The notes: generated from the letters alone by a model not told the origin. A stretch of 63,963 bases of DNA, filler included, from Lama guanicoe (GCA_013239625.1; 76 parts of 74 records of this genome joined end to end with filler, not necessarily neighbours in it), one strand, 5' to 3'; counted from the whole stretch's first letter, positions 37,348-50,236 are shown. Numbers and translations: made by a program.

Positions 37348-38053
37348 GGAAAAGATTGTGAAAATGGNNNNNNNNNNNNNNNNNNNNNNNNNNNNNNNNN
37401 NNNNNNNNNNNTTAATTAATTAANNNNNNNNNNNNNNNNNNNNNNNNNNNNNNNNNNNNNNNNNNNNCCTTTCTAACCTTCACAAAGGTAGTATCTAAGA
37501 GGTACTAGAACCTTGGTTGGGGTTTGTCATATTTAGTAACCAAATTGCAATCAAATTTGTGTGAACTAGAAGGAGGTGAGGGTTTTGGAGTTGAAAATTT
37601 TTCCAACTGCAAGAATACCAAATTTCTGCAGATATTATGAAATATAAATAATTTATGGAAGACTTTGACATTTTCCAATTAATTTAAAATGAAAGGTGAA
37701 GCATTATCAAAATGTGAAATGCCCTGAAATGCTGGAAAAATTGTAGGCAAGGTCAGGGAGAAGGCTTCTGCCATAATCATGCAGCCAGTGTCATCTGATA
37801 AGCCTGGAATGTGAACATAAAGTCCTGAAAATTTGTCTTGTCATGTGAAGAAAGATTTTGATAATCTGGAGAGAGGGCAAATCGGCCAGGGTAAGCTCTT
37901 GCAGCATCCCACCAATATGACCTTAACCAAGAGAAGAAAAGAGCCCACTTGCANNNNNNNNNNNNNNNNNNNNNNNNNNNNNNNNNNNNNNNNNNNNTTA
38001 ATTAATTAANNNNNNNNNNNNNNNNNNNNNNNNNNNNNNNNNNNNNNNNNNNN

Positions 38054-38614
38054 CCTCCCGCCCCCAGCAGGCAAAGTGGGACAGGGGTGTCCTGGGACCT
38101 GGCGCAGCAAAGGCCACCTTCAGGCCACGCAGTGCAGACAGGGAGCTAATCCACAAGTTCCTCCGGGGCAGCCTCCCTATGCCCTCAGCCACCACCTTAC
38201 CGGCCCTCTGACCGCACCGCACCCATCTCCCAGGAGCAAGCTCACCTGGAGTCGGATCTCAGGCAAATCTCCGGCGGCAGAGGTCGCCCCCANNNNNNNN
38301 NNNNNNNNNNNNNNNNNNNNNNNNNNNNCTGGAACACAGCCCCCTGCCGCCGCCGCCCCGCCTCCCAGGAGCAAGCTCACCTAGAGACCCGCGTCCCGCC
38401 TCTAGGGCAGAAGAAGCCGCCCCTGGCTCCGCCGCCGGGGAGAGCGGAGCGAATTGACCGGCTTCCCCTCGGCAGCCCCCCTCCCCTCGTGGGCCCCGCA
38501 GCTTAAAGACACCGCCTCCGCTCCCCACTCAGCAAGCTGAGGGAGCCGGGGTGGCCGGCCACCTGGGGAAGCAGAGGCCCCCCCCCGGGCCGGCCGGCGG
38601 GAAAAAGCAACTAT
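38054..38614. promoter_or_regulatory. CpG-island-like fragment; gene not identifiable
   Basis: Very high GC with abundant CpG, GCC repeats and GC-box-like ccgccc motifs. Confidence 0.6.
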
Positions 38615-39350
38615 NNNNNNNNNNNNNNNNNNNNNNNNNNNNNNNNNNNNNNNNNNNNTTAATTAATTAANNNNNNNNNNNNNNNNNNNNNNNNNNNNNN
38701 NNNNNNNNNNNNNNAGGGTCTATAACCAGTTGTGCTGGCCGCTCCTACCCCCGGACTTTGGGTGAGGTGGATTAATGATCAGCACAATCGCCGGTAGCCC
38801 AGCTCCTGGCCTTGGCTGCCCAGAGGGGGCTGGGGGAATGGGTAAGGCCAGGGCACTCAGGAAGACCACAGAGGACCTGACCTCTACCCTCCACACTTGT
38901 AAACCCCCAAATCTCAAGGCATCGGACAGAGTGCAGCCAACACAATAATGAGATGCTCCCATCTCTTCACTCACTCCTGTCGGNNNNNNNNNNNNNNNNN
39001 NNNNNNNNNNNNNNNNNNNNNNNNNNNNCTGGATCCTGTTCAATCTGATGGAAGAATGATCACTCATAAATGGTTTCTCAAAAGAATACATAGACAGAAG
39101 ACAAACTACAGAGTGAATCAAATTTTAAAATATAAATGACGATCCCCCAGTCTCCCCGCCTAAAGTTAACCGCATAAAGAAAATAGACCTTGCCTTTGAT
39201 AACCAAGGAAGTGGTCACCCCCTCTCAGGGGGAAAGGAGAGTTATTCTTTNNNNNNNNNNNNNNNNNNNNNNNNNNNNNNNNNNNNNNNNNNNNTTAATT
39301 AATTAANNNNNNNNNNNNNNNNNNNNNNNNNNNNNNNNNNNNNNNNNNNN

Positions 39351-40159
39351 TGAGAGATAAGTGTGTGTGAAAGCTGTCCTTCACATGGCGTGAAGGGAAT
39401 ACAAAGTTCCTTTCTGTTGCAAATCCCACTCCATACATATTTACGGGGAGGTACAAGCTCCAAATCGGTTTTACAGTGAAAACGGCAGGCACTCAAACCG
39501 GCACTAGGAAACAGACTGAGAAACCAGACTCATTGTTTCTCCTGCAACCCGTTCCCTTTGTGCTGTATGAACGAACGTCTCTCCACATGCTCAGTTCTGA
39601 GAGATATGTGTGAGTGAAAGCCGTCCTTCACCTAGCTTGAAGGGAACAAAGTTTCTTTTCAGTTGCATACTCCACTCCATACATATATATGGGGAGGTAC
39701 AAGCTACAACTCAGTTTTACAGTGAAAACGGCAGACACTTCAAACCGACACTAGGAAACAGACTGTGAAATCAGAGTAAGGGTTTCTCCTGCAACCTGTT
39801 CCCTTTTTGGTGGTGAACGAACGTCTCTCCACATGCTCAGTTCTGAGAGATAAGTGTGTGTGAAAGCAGTTCTTCACCTGGCTTGAAGGGAACACAAAGT
39901 TTCTTTTCAGTTGCAAACTCCACACCATACATATATATGAGGAGGTACAAGCTCCAACTCGGTTTTACAGTGAAAACGGCAGGCATTTCAAATCAGCACT
40001 AGGAATCAGACTGAGAAACCAAAGAAAGTGTTTCTTCTGCAACCGGTTCCCTTTGTGCTGGAAGAACTAACGTCTCTCCAATTCCTCAGTTCTGAGAGAT
40101 ATGTGTGTTGAAAGGCGTCCTTCAACTTGCTTGAAGGGAACACAATGTTTCTTTTCAGT
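39351..40159 (+). repeat. ~248-bp tandem satellite, ~3.3 monomers
   Basis: GGAA(A/T)CAGACTG at 39507, 39754 and 40002. Confidence 0.95.
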
Positions 40160-40259
40160 NNNNNNNNNNNNNNNNNNNNNNNNNNNNNNNNNNNNNNNNN
40201 NNNTTAATTAATTAANNNNNNNNNNNNNNNNNNNNNNNNNNNNNNNNNNNNNNNNNNNN

Positions 40260-41675
40260 TATAGAATAAAGACTACGGAATGCAGAATACAGGATATAGT
40301 ATATAGAATTACGAACACAAATTTTAGATTAGAGAATATAGAACCCAGAAGTTAGAACATGGAATACAGAACACAGAATTTAGCATATAGAATACAGAAT
40401 ACTGAATATAGAATTTAGAATATTGAATGTAGAACACAGAATATAGAATATATTATGCAGTATACTGAATATAGAATTTAGAATATTGAAAGCAGAACAC
40501 AAAATTTATAATATAGAATGCAAAATACTGTATATAGAATTTAGAATAAGCAATGTAGCACACAGAATATAGAATATAGACTACGGAATGCAGAATATAA
40601 AATATAGAATAAAGAATTATGAACACAAATTACAGAATATAGAATAGAGAATATAGAAACCAGAATTAAGAACATGGAATGTAGAACACAGAATTTAGAA
40701 TATAGAATACATAATAATGAATTTCGAATTTAGAATACAGAATGTAGAACACAGAATATGGAATGTAGAATATGGAATTCAGAATATTGAATACAGAATA
40801 TAGAANNNNNNNNNNNNNNNNNNNNNNNNNNNNNNNNNNNNNNNNNNNNNNNNNNNNNNNNNNNNNNNNNNNNNNNNNNNNNNNNNNNNNNNNNNNNNNN
40901 NNNNNNNNNNNNNNNNNNNNNNNNNNNNNNNNNNNNNNNNNNNNNNNNNNNNNNNNNNNNNNNNNNNNNNNNNNNNNNNNNNNNNNNNNNNNNNNNNNNN
41001 NNNNNNNNNNNNNNNNNNNNNNNNNNNNNNNNNNNNNNNNNNNNNNNNNNNNNNNNNNNNNNNNNNNNNNNNNNNNNNNNNNNNNNNNNNNNNNNNNNNN
41101 NNNNNNNNNNNNNNNNNNNNNNNNNNNNNNNNNNNNNNNNNNNNNNNNNNNNNNNNNNNNNNNNNNNNNNNNNNNNNNNNNNNNNNNNNNNNNNNNNNNN
41201 NNNNNNNNNNNNNNNNNNNNNNNNNNNNNNNNNNNNNNNNNNNNNNNNNNNNNNNNNNNNNNNNNNNNNNNNNNNNNNNNNNNNNNNNNNNNNNNNNNNN
41301 NNNNNNNNNNNNNNNNNNNNNNNNNNNNNNNNNNNNNNNNNNNNNNNNNNNNNNNNNNNNNNNNNNNNNNNNNNNNNNNNNNNNNNNNNNNNNNNNNNNN
41401 NNNNNNNNNNNNNNNNNNNNNNNNNNNNNNNNNNNNNNNNNNNNNNNNNNNNNNNNNNNNNNNNNNNAGAATGTAGAACACAGAATATAGAATATAGAAT
41501 AGAGAATATAGAACCCAGAACTTAGAACACGGAAAGAAGATAGAGAATTTAGAATATAGAATACAGAATACTTAAAACAAAATTTACAGTATACAATTTG
41601 AACACAGAGTATAGAATATAAAATATAGAGTACTGAATATAGAATTTAGAATATAGAATGTAGAACACAGAATAT
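40260..41675 (-). repeat. AT-rich heptamer satellite, gapped
   Basis: Tandem agaatat-type 7-mers. Confidence 0.95.
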
Positions 41676-41775
41676 NNNNNNNNNNNNNNNNNNNNNNNNN
41701 NNNNNNNNNNNNNNNNNNNTTAATTAATTAANNNNNNNNNNNNNNNNNNNNNNNNNNNNNNNNNNNNNNNNNNNN

Positions 41776-42651
41776 AGTGTTTGACCTGTAAATCGTTCAT
41801 TTCATGCTGGATGAACGAACGTCTTTCCACATCCTAATTTCTGAGAGATAATTGTGTGCAAGCAATTCTTCCCCTAGCTTGAAGGGAACATAAATTTTCT
41901 TTTCAGTTGCAAACTACACTACATCCTTTTATATGGGGAGGTACATCTTCCAACTCGGTTTTACACTGAAATNNNNNNNNNNNNNNNNNNTACATACTTT
42001 TATATGGGGAGGTACATCTTCCAACTCGGTTTTACACTGAAATCTGCAGGAACTTCAAACCGGCACTAGGAGAAAAACTGAGAAACCAGAGTAAGTGTTT
42101 ATCCTGCAATCCGTTCCCTCTGTGCTTGATGAACGAATGTCTGTCCAAATGCTCAATTCTGAGAAATATCTGTGTGTGAAAAAACGCCTTCACCTAGCAG
42201 GAAGGGAACACAAACTTTATTTCAGATCCAACCCCACAACATACATACATATTGGTAAGCTCAAGATCCAACCCGGTTGTACAATGAAAAGTGCAAGAAA
42301 TTCAAACCAGCACTAGGAAACAGACTGAGAAACCAGAGTAAGTTTTTATCCTGCAATCCGTTCCCTCTGTGGTTGATGAACGAATGTCTGTCCAAATGCT
42401 CAATTCTGAGAAATATCTGTGTGTGAAAAAACGCCTTCACCTAGCAGGAAGGGAACACAAAGTTTCTTTTCAGTTGCTAACACCAATACATACATATAGC
42501 AGGGGTGGTAAAATCTCCAACTCTGTTTTACAGTGAAAAATGCAGGAACTTTAAACCGGCACTAGGAAACGGAGTGTGAACCCAGAGTAAGGGTTTCTCC
42601 TACAACCCATTCTTTTAGTGCTGGATCAATGAACGTCTCTACACATGCTCA
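41776..42651 (+). repeat. ~248-bp tandem satellite
   Basis: Same monomer as 34089-35062; actgagaaaccagagtaag at 42077 and 42324. Confidence 0.95.
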
Positions 42652-43156
42652 NNNNNNNNNNNNNNNNNNNNNNNNNNNNNNNNNNNNNNNNNNNNTTAAT
42701 TAATTAANNNNNNNNNNNNNNNNNNNNNNNNNNNNNNNNNNNNNNNNNNNNTCTTAGATAATAAGGGGAGAGAAAAGGATCCTTGTTTATTTTAGTATGT
42801 TTAGCTTTTATGATGACACTGAAATTCACAGCTTTTGGAATTCTGGGTTTTCTGAAATGGAAATCTTTTTCCCAGACATAAGTGAAATGTCCCAGATCAG
42901 AGAAGGGGAAAGGTAAAAAAGAGCCAGCTTCACTATTTCAACTTGAAAATTTATTTAAGTTTAAGAATTTGGAGTCTGTGCCATTACTAAGTCAATCTCT
43001 TAGGTTAATTAAAAAATATAACNNNNNNNNNNNNNNNNNNNNNNNNNNNNNNNNNNNNNNNNNNNNNNNNNNNNNNNNNNNNNNNNNNNNNNNNNNNNNN
43101 NNNNNNNNNNNNNNNNNNNNNNNNNNNNNNNNNNNNNNNNNNNNNNNNNNNNNNNN

Positions 43157-43503
43157 TAAAAGAAAGGAAATTCTGGCACAGGCAACAACATGGATGAACC
43201 TTGAGGGCATTGTGCTTTGGGTTTTAAACCAATCACAACAAGATATATAATGTATGATATCATTTATCTGAGGACCCAAGAGTAGTCAAATTCATAGAGA
43301 AAGGAAGTAGATGGTTGCCAAGAAGAGCAGAAAGTGTAAGTGGCGAACAGCTTAAAGGGCACAAAGCTTCAGTTTTGCAAGATGATAAGGTTCTGGCGAT
43401 TATGTGCACAAGGTGAACACGCTTAACACCACTGGTCTGCACACTGAAAATTGGTTAAAATGGTAAATTTCATCTGACATAAATTTCACCACAACTAATA
43501 AAA
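43157..43503 (+). mobile_element. Ancient L1M-type 3' end
   Basis: gaaattctggcacaggcaacaacatggatgaaccttgagggcatt, gtagtcaaattcatagaga and aaaatggtaaatttc. Confidence 0.85.
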
Positions 43504-44828
43504 AATAGACATTCTCACCACAAAATTGAGTCTTTGGGGTTACTGAGCTTTTAATATTATGCACACACAAACATGGGAAGTGATTGATTTCATTTTCTTC
43601 TCTAGTTGAACAAAAATTTTAAAAATATTAAGGAGAAGAAGCAATTTTCTAAGTGCAACACCATTAGGCAAAAAGATGCGCANNNNNNNNNNNNNNNNNN
43701 NNNNNNNNNNNNNNNNNNNNNNNNNNTTAATTAATTAANNNNNNNNNNNNNNNNNNNNNNNNNNNNNNNNNNNNNNNNNNNNAACTGCTCTGTCACCCAG
43801 ACCGAATTTTATCTCCTTAATTGACATTTTTATATGAGTGTGAAGAGCTGTAAACAAAGAATTCCATGTTTTAAAACTTTAAGGTTTACTTTACTATGTC
43901 TTCCAAAGCTTGCATATGGCATTTAGTAAAGTCTCTTTTCCTTGAGTTATAAGTTAAACCCAGGGTAAACCTATTTTTTTTTATTAGCCACTCAAATTAG
44001 TTTTTAGTTTTATGTTATATTGGACGGCTCATGTAACTATATTGGTTTCCTTTAATTTGTTCAATTAATATTTTCAGAGGGACAGATATGTGCCCAGCCT
44101 TATAATACCAAGAAGGGGAAATGTTTTTCCACTGAAACATATCAACATATCAATAACATAAGCAAAAGGTTTATATAAAGACCATTTAAATATACCAATT
44201 TCACAAAATTTATCTCAATTTTATTGAATCTTATACCTTTAATTTTTATATTTATTAGGTTTAATCAATAATACTTATTTCTAGAAGGAATGCTAGAAGC
44301 CTTTTTTTTGTGTGTGTGCATTATATATAATTTTATAGAAGTCTCTAAGATGCCCAAGTTTCAGCCAAAGAGCTTAGGCCCTTCTCAGTTTTTAATTTCA
44401 TTAATTGGTCTGTTGTCCCAATCATTGATCAAGTATTTCAGTCTATATATACATATATTNNNNNNNNNNNNNATAAAACGGACTGTTTGAACTTTAATGT
44501 TGGGGGGGAGTAGGTGATCTCTTTGGCCCTTTTTTTTTTAACTTTACGTACTGTAGTATCAAAAACTTTTATGTAAATCCAAAAATGTCCATTTTATTTA
44601 TCTCATTCAAAATAATCATATAGAAATATTTATCCATTTGGGATAAGCCACTTATCTTGTTTTATGAAATTTTAACAACCCTTTTTCCAGTTATTCAACC
44701 TAATTAACATTAATTATTCTAAGTTTTTNNNNNNNNNNNNNNNNNNNNNNNNNNNNNNNNNNNNNNNNNNNNTTAATTAATTAANNNNNNNNNNNNNNNN
44801 NNNNNNNNNNNNNNNNNNNNNNNNNNNN

Positions 44829-45575
44829 ATGTTCTAAATTCTGGGTTCTATATTCTCTATTATATATTCTATATTCTCTGTTCTACGTTCAATAATCTAT
44901 AGTCTATATTCAGTATTCTGTATTCTATATTCTAAATTCTGTGCTCTGAATTCCATGTTCTAAATTCTGAGTTCCATATTGCCTTTTCTCTATTCTATAT
45001 TCTGATTTCAACATTCTATATTCTAAATTCTAAATTCAGTATTCTGTATTCTATATTCTGAATTCTGTGTTCTATATTCTATTTTCTAAATTCTATATTC
45101 AGTATTCACTGTATTCTATATTCTAAATTCTGTGTTCTTCATTCAATGTTCTAAATTCTATATACAGTATTCTGTATACTATATTGTAAATTTTGTGTTC
45201 TGCCTTCCATTTTCTAAATATTGTGCTCTGTATTCTGTTTTCCATATTCTTTATTCTGTGTTTTGCATTCTATATTCTGTATTCATTATTATGCATTCCT
45301 TATTCTATATTCTATCTTCTGTGTTCTACATTCTATATTCTAAATTGTATACTCAGTATTCCGTATTCTGTATTCTATATTNNNNNNNNNNNNNNNNNNN
45401 NNNNNNNNNNNNNNNNNNNNNNNNNNNNNNNNNNNNNNNNNNNNNNNNNNNNNNNNNNNNNNNNCATGTTTAAATGTTCTATATTCTCTATTCTTTATAA
45501 TAAATTTTGTGCTCTTAATTGTATACTCTACATTCTATATTCTGCATTCCGTATTCTATATTCTATATTCTGTGT
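44829..45575 (+). repeat. AT-rich heptamer satellite
   Basis: Tandem TTCxxxx 7-mers. Confidence 0.95.
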
Positions 45576-45876
45576 NNNNNNNNNNNNNNNNNNNNNNNNN
45601 NNNNNNNNNNNNNNNNNNNTTAATTAATTAANNNNNNNNNNNNNNNNNNNNNNNNNNNNNNNNNNNNNNNNNNNNGTGCCTTGTCTAGGACAGGGATGCT
45701 GACTCCGCACAACCCAGGGCTTGTTTCACTAGAATAATGATCATCTTCTTCAGTGTTCATCTTCTTCTTTGCTGACCCTCAGAAAAATGTTTTCTCATGA
45801 TGAATCAATATCTTTTTCCTTATAACTTCCCATCATTGATAATGAGCTCCCCACAAAAGAGAGAAGACTTAATTGT

Positions 45877-45990
45877 CAGTCTCCTTATCTGTAAAGTGAG
45901 AATAACAAGGAATGTGAGGTTTTATGAGAAATAATATTCATGTGAGGCTGAGGGACAATTCCATCATACAATAAGCACTCAATATATGCT
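45877..45990 (+). mobile_element. MIR SINE relic
   Basis: cagtctccttatctgtaaagtgagaataa...taagcactcaatatatg matches the MIR core and tail. Confidence 0.65.
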
Positions 45991-46231
45991 TAATTAATAT
46001 TAATAAGAATATATTGCATTCCAGCAACCTTCAATCAATGTTTTATGACATTGTCCAAAAGACTACTGAGAAACTGTTGGATGATCCCCTTTGAGCAGAT
46101 CAGCACAAGCGTACTGGGAGAGGTAAGCGCTNNNNNNNNNNNNNNNNNNNNNNNNNNNNNNNNNNNNNNNNNNNNTTAATTAATTAANNNNNNNNNNNNN
46201 NNNNNNNNNNNNNNNNNNNNNNNNNNNNNNN

Positions 46232-47182
46232 AAAATAAATACAATAAAATTAAAAAATAATTTAAAAATCATAAAAAAACAGCTTTTATTTTGTTAAAAA
46301 TTTTAACAAATTGATAAAATTTAGCCAAGCTTATCAAGAAATACAGGGAGTGGGCCCCCCAAAAATAATAAATGAAACATTAGAAATAAAATCTGATATT
46401 ACAGAAATACAAACAAAGATTATGAAAGCACTCTGAGCAGTTACATGACAACCAACTGGATGATCTTAAAGAAATGGATAAATTTCTTGAAACGTACAGC
46501 CTGCCCACACTGAATAAAGAGAAAACTGAAAACTTGAAAAGAACAATCTGTGCAAGTTAAATAAAATGTATAATTTTAAAAACACCCCTTGAACAAAATG
46601 CCTGGATGCCTTCACTAAAACCACTTTCCTCCCAAGTATTTCAAAAAATGAAGGAGGAAAGAAAATTCCCAAAGTTNNNNNNNNNNNNNNNNNNNNNNNN
46701 NNNNNNNNNNNNNNNNNNNNNNNAAAAAAAAAAAAGAAAATGTAAAGCCAATATTCTTGATGAATATACATTCAAAAATCCTCGAACAACATCAACAAAC
46801 TAATCCAGCAGTAGATAGGAAGGATAATACACGATGATCAGTTTGATTCCATCCAGATTCACAAGGATAGTTCAACATACACGAGTCAATCAGCATGACA
46901 CTTATATGAAAAAGGAAGGACAAAATTCACAGGACCATGTGAATACACACAGAAAAGTCATTAGACAAAATTCAACATACATCATGATCCGAATCTCATT
47001 AAAGGGAGTGCATTGGGAACATCTCTCAACATACTAAAGGCCACTTATAACAATTTATAATGCTCAGAGGAAAGGCTGAAAGCCTTCTGAGTAAATTCGG
47101 AAACAACACAAGGATTTCTTTTCTCAGCACTTCTGTTCCATAGTAAAAGAAGAAAAAAAAGGAAAGAAAAAGAAGTAAAAGA
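46232..47182 (+). mobile_element. Decayed LINE-1 ORF2 fragment
   Basis: ttagccaagcttatcaagaaa, aagaaatggataaatttcttgaaacgtacagcctgcc and ccaatattcttgatgaatata. Confidence 0.85.
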
Positions 47183-48236
47183 NNNNNNNNNNNNNNNNNN
47201 NNNNNNNNNNNNNNNNNNNNNNNNNNTTAATTAATTAANNNNNNNNNNNNNNNNNNNNNNNNNNNNNNNNNNNNNNNNNNNNAGAGCCCAGGTCATCTGG
47301 TTCCAGTGTCCAGGCTCATGGTCAGTGCCCAGTCTTGGTTTTCATCCTCCCTTCATCCTCCACTGGGACCCATGGCCGCAGCCTCATCTCAGTGTGAATC
47401 TCAGTGTGATTGTTCATGGGGAGCAGAATGGGTGCACTGAGGGCCGGTTTCTCTGAGGACTGCTTTCCCAGAAGGCTCAAGAGGTTGACTGTATTCACTA
47501 CTGGACACCCAGGCCTGGGCCCAGGCCAGCCACACTGCAAAGCCTGAATCAATGATTGTTGAGTGAATACCTGAACCTCTGCATGTACCTGCATGTTGCC
47601 CCCACTTCCTCATATCCACAGCTGGCTACCCTGCCAAAACCCCGTGTAATCAGGCCTGGGCCAGGGACAGTCAAGGGGACCAGAGCTGCTCAGCTGGGGA
47701 CAGGAAGCCTCAGGGGCCCTGTGGCTGTCCCAAGCATCTCCTGGGGCAATTCTCAGGGAAGCCCAGCCAGCTTCCAGAACAGCAATCAGGTCCCAATCCC
47801 AGGGGTATATGGAAGGTCTTGAGGGGTGTTTCCTGAGACTGACTTTGTGTATGAAGGGGGCNNNNNNNNNNNNNNNNNNNNNNNNNNNNNNNNNNNNNNN
47901 NNNNNTTAATTAATTAANNNNNNNNNNNNNNNNNNNNNNNNNNNNNNNNNNNNNNNNNNNNCTCTCAGATTCTGGCTCGTATGTGGGCACTGACTTTGCA
48001 TCTGGCCAAGTCAGGGCCTGGGCTGTGAGGGCGGGAAGGAGAGAGGGGGTATCAGATTCCTTTGCCAGCAGGTCCCTAAGAGGGAGCCCAGGGGAGGAGC
48101 AGGGCAGCTCTATGACCTGGGGCTTCCTGGGTGTGGAGTCTCCTCTCTCATAGTCACCCTGAGCCTGTCCTGGACTCTGTTGGTGTCTTGGGTCACCTGC
48201 CCTTCCTGCAGGGAGATGGCATGAGTGAGGAGTCCT

Positions 48237-48264
48237 CACAGTGCCCAGCAGCCAGGCAGAAACC
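48237..48264 (+). other. 12-RSS-like V(D)J recombination signal motif
   Basis: CACAGTG (48237-48243) + 12-nt spacer + GCAGAAACC (48256-48264; 7/9 match to ACAAAAACC). Confidence 0.3.
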
Positions 48265-48451
48265 TCAGAGCCCTGTCTGGTTGTCCTGACTGGTTCTCAG
48301 ACCCATAAGACAGCTCCAGTCTCGACACGCACACACCACTCTCTGCTCTGCNNNNNNNNNNNNNNNNNNNNNNNNNNNNNNNNNNNNNNNNNNNNTTAAT
48401 TAATTAANNNNNNNNNNNNNNNNNNNNNNNNNNNNNNNNNNNNNNNNNNNN

Positions 48452-49172
48452 GTATTCTATATTCTATATTCTGTGTTCTACATTCTATATTATAAATCCT
48501 ATTTTCAGTTGTATGAATTCTATATTCTAAATTCTGTGTTCTGCATTCCATGTTCTAAATTCTGGGTTCTGTATTCTGTTTTCCATATTCTATATTCTGT
48601 GTTCTACATTCTATATTCTGTATTCTATATTCTGCATTCCGTATTCTACATTCCATATTCTGTGTTCTACATTCTATATTCAAAATTTTATATTCAGTAA
48701 TCTGTATTCTATATTTTAACTCTATGTTGTGCATTCCATGATCTAAATTCTCGTTTCTCTATTCAGTATTCCATATTCTACATTCTGTGTTCTACATTCT
48801 ATATTTTGCATTCCGTATTCTACATTCTATATTCTGTGTCCTACATTCTATAATCTAAATTCTATATTCAGTATTCTGTATTCTTTATTCTAAATTTTGT
48901 GTTCTGTTTTCCATGTTCTANNNNNNNNNNNNNNNNNNNNNNNNNNNNNNNNNNNNNNNNNNNNNNNNNNNNNNNNNNNNNNNNNNNNNNNNNNNNNNNN
49001 NNNNNNNNNNNNNNNNATTCTATATTTTCTGGGTTCTGCATTCCATGTTCTATAATCCATATTCTGTATTCTGTATTTTATATAGTAATTACTGAATTCT
49101 GCTTTCCATGTTCTAAATTCGGCGTTCTAAATTTTCTATTCTATATTCTATATTCTGTGTTCATCTTTCTAT
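48452..49172 (+). repeat. AT-rich heptamer satellite
   Basis: Tandem TTCxxxx 7-mers. Confidence 0.95.
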
Positions 49173-49428
49173 NNNNNNNNNNNNNNNNNNNNNNNNNNNN
49201 NNNNNNNNNNNNNNNNTTAATTAATTAANNNNNNNNNNNNNNNNNNNNNNNNNNNNNNNNNNNNNNNNNNNNGGACACATCCCCAGAATCTGGGACCAGC
49301 AGGCAGAAGAGGAGCCCCTGGACTGAGGGCACATTCTCAGGGCCCGGCAATCCCTCTCTGGGTCCCTGGGGACTGAGCCCTTCTCTGAAACCACAGAGCC
49401 CCTCAGGCCGCCCCCTGGGTGCTGGCTG

Positions 49429-49468
49429 GATTGCATACCCAGCAGCTCTCTCTCCAGCAAGGGTATAA
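49429..49468 (+). promoter_or_regulatory. IGLV promoter remnant: defective octamer and TATA box
   Basis: GATTGCAT at 49429-49436 (canonical gATTTGCAT lacking one T) and TATAA at 49464-49468, upstream of the V exon in the same scaffold. The leader exon would fall in the N gap. Confidence 0.7.
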
Positions 49469-49958
49469 GAGAGGNNNNNNNNNNNNNNNNNNNNNNNNNN
49501 NNNNNNNNNNNNNNNNNNNNNNNNNNNNNNNNNNNNNNNNNNNNNNNNNNNNNNNNNNNNNNNNNNNNNNNNNNNNNNNNNNNNNNNNNNNNNNNNNNNN
49601 NNNNNNNNNNNNNNNNNNNNNNNNNNNNNNNNNNNNNNNNNNNNNNNNNNNNNNNNNNNNNNNNNNNNNNNNNNNNNNNNNNNNNNNNNNNNNNNNNNNN
49701 NNNNNNNNNNNNNNNNNNNNNNNNNNNNNNNNNNNNNNNNNNNNNNNNNNNNNNNNNNNNNNNNNGAGGAAGGGGGCAGGCTTCTCATTTGTCCAGGGGC
49801 TCCATCCACCAGCCAAGCCCGTAGGTCACTGGGGGTGAGACTGATGGGAGGGGCCTCTGGGGGCCCAGGGAATCCCTGGGGCTCAATGCAGGTCAGATCC
49901 CTGGTCTCCTGGGAAAAGGTCCTTCATCTTCAGCCCAGTTATCCTTTCTGTCCTGCAG

Positions 49959-50236
49959 GCTCTGTGGCCTCCTACGAACTGACTCAGTCACCCTCAGTGT
50001 CGGTGAACCCGGGATAGATGGCCAAGCTCACCTGTGGCAGGGACAGCATCGGAAATAAATATGCTTACTGGTACCAGCAGAAGCCAGGCCAGGCCCCTGT
50101 GCTGGTCATCTACAGAGACAGCGAACGGCCCTTGGGATCCCAGACCAGTACTCACGCTCCAAGGGAACACGGCGGACCATCAGCGGAGCCCAGGCCGAGG
50201 ACGAGGCTGACTATTACTGTCAGTCATATGACAGCA
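49959..50236 (+). pseudogene. Immunoglobulin lambda variable (IGLV3-like) pseudogene V exon, truncated before the RSS
   Basis: Acceptor tcctgcag at 49951-49958, then [60 protein letters not shown] at 50015-50017. FR3 deletions shift frame, and [20 protein letters not shown] resumes in another frame. Confidence 0.95.

Noticed and set aside
38715..39250. Possible retroviral leader or gag fragment
   Set aside because: No PBS, major homology region or zinc knuckle is recognisable, so it cannot be supported from sequence alone.
41920..42042. ~52-bp direct repeat on either side of an 18-N gap
   Set aside because: Typical scaffolding overlap or mis-sized gap inside a satellite array.
47283..50236. 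Apparent immune locus cluster of GC-rich fragments, the RSS motif and the IGLV pseudogene
   Set aside because: The pieces are separate scaffolds separated by linkers and a satellite fragment. Lambda V genes also use a 23-RSS, not the 12-RSS seen.
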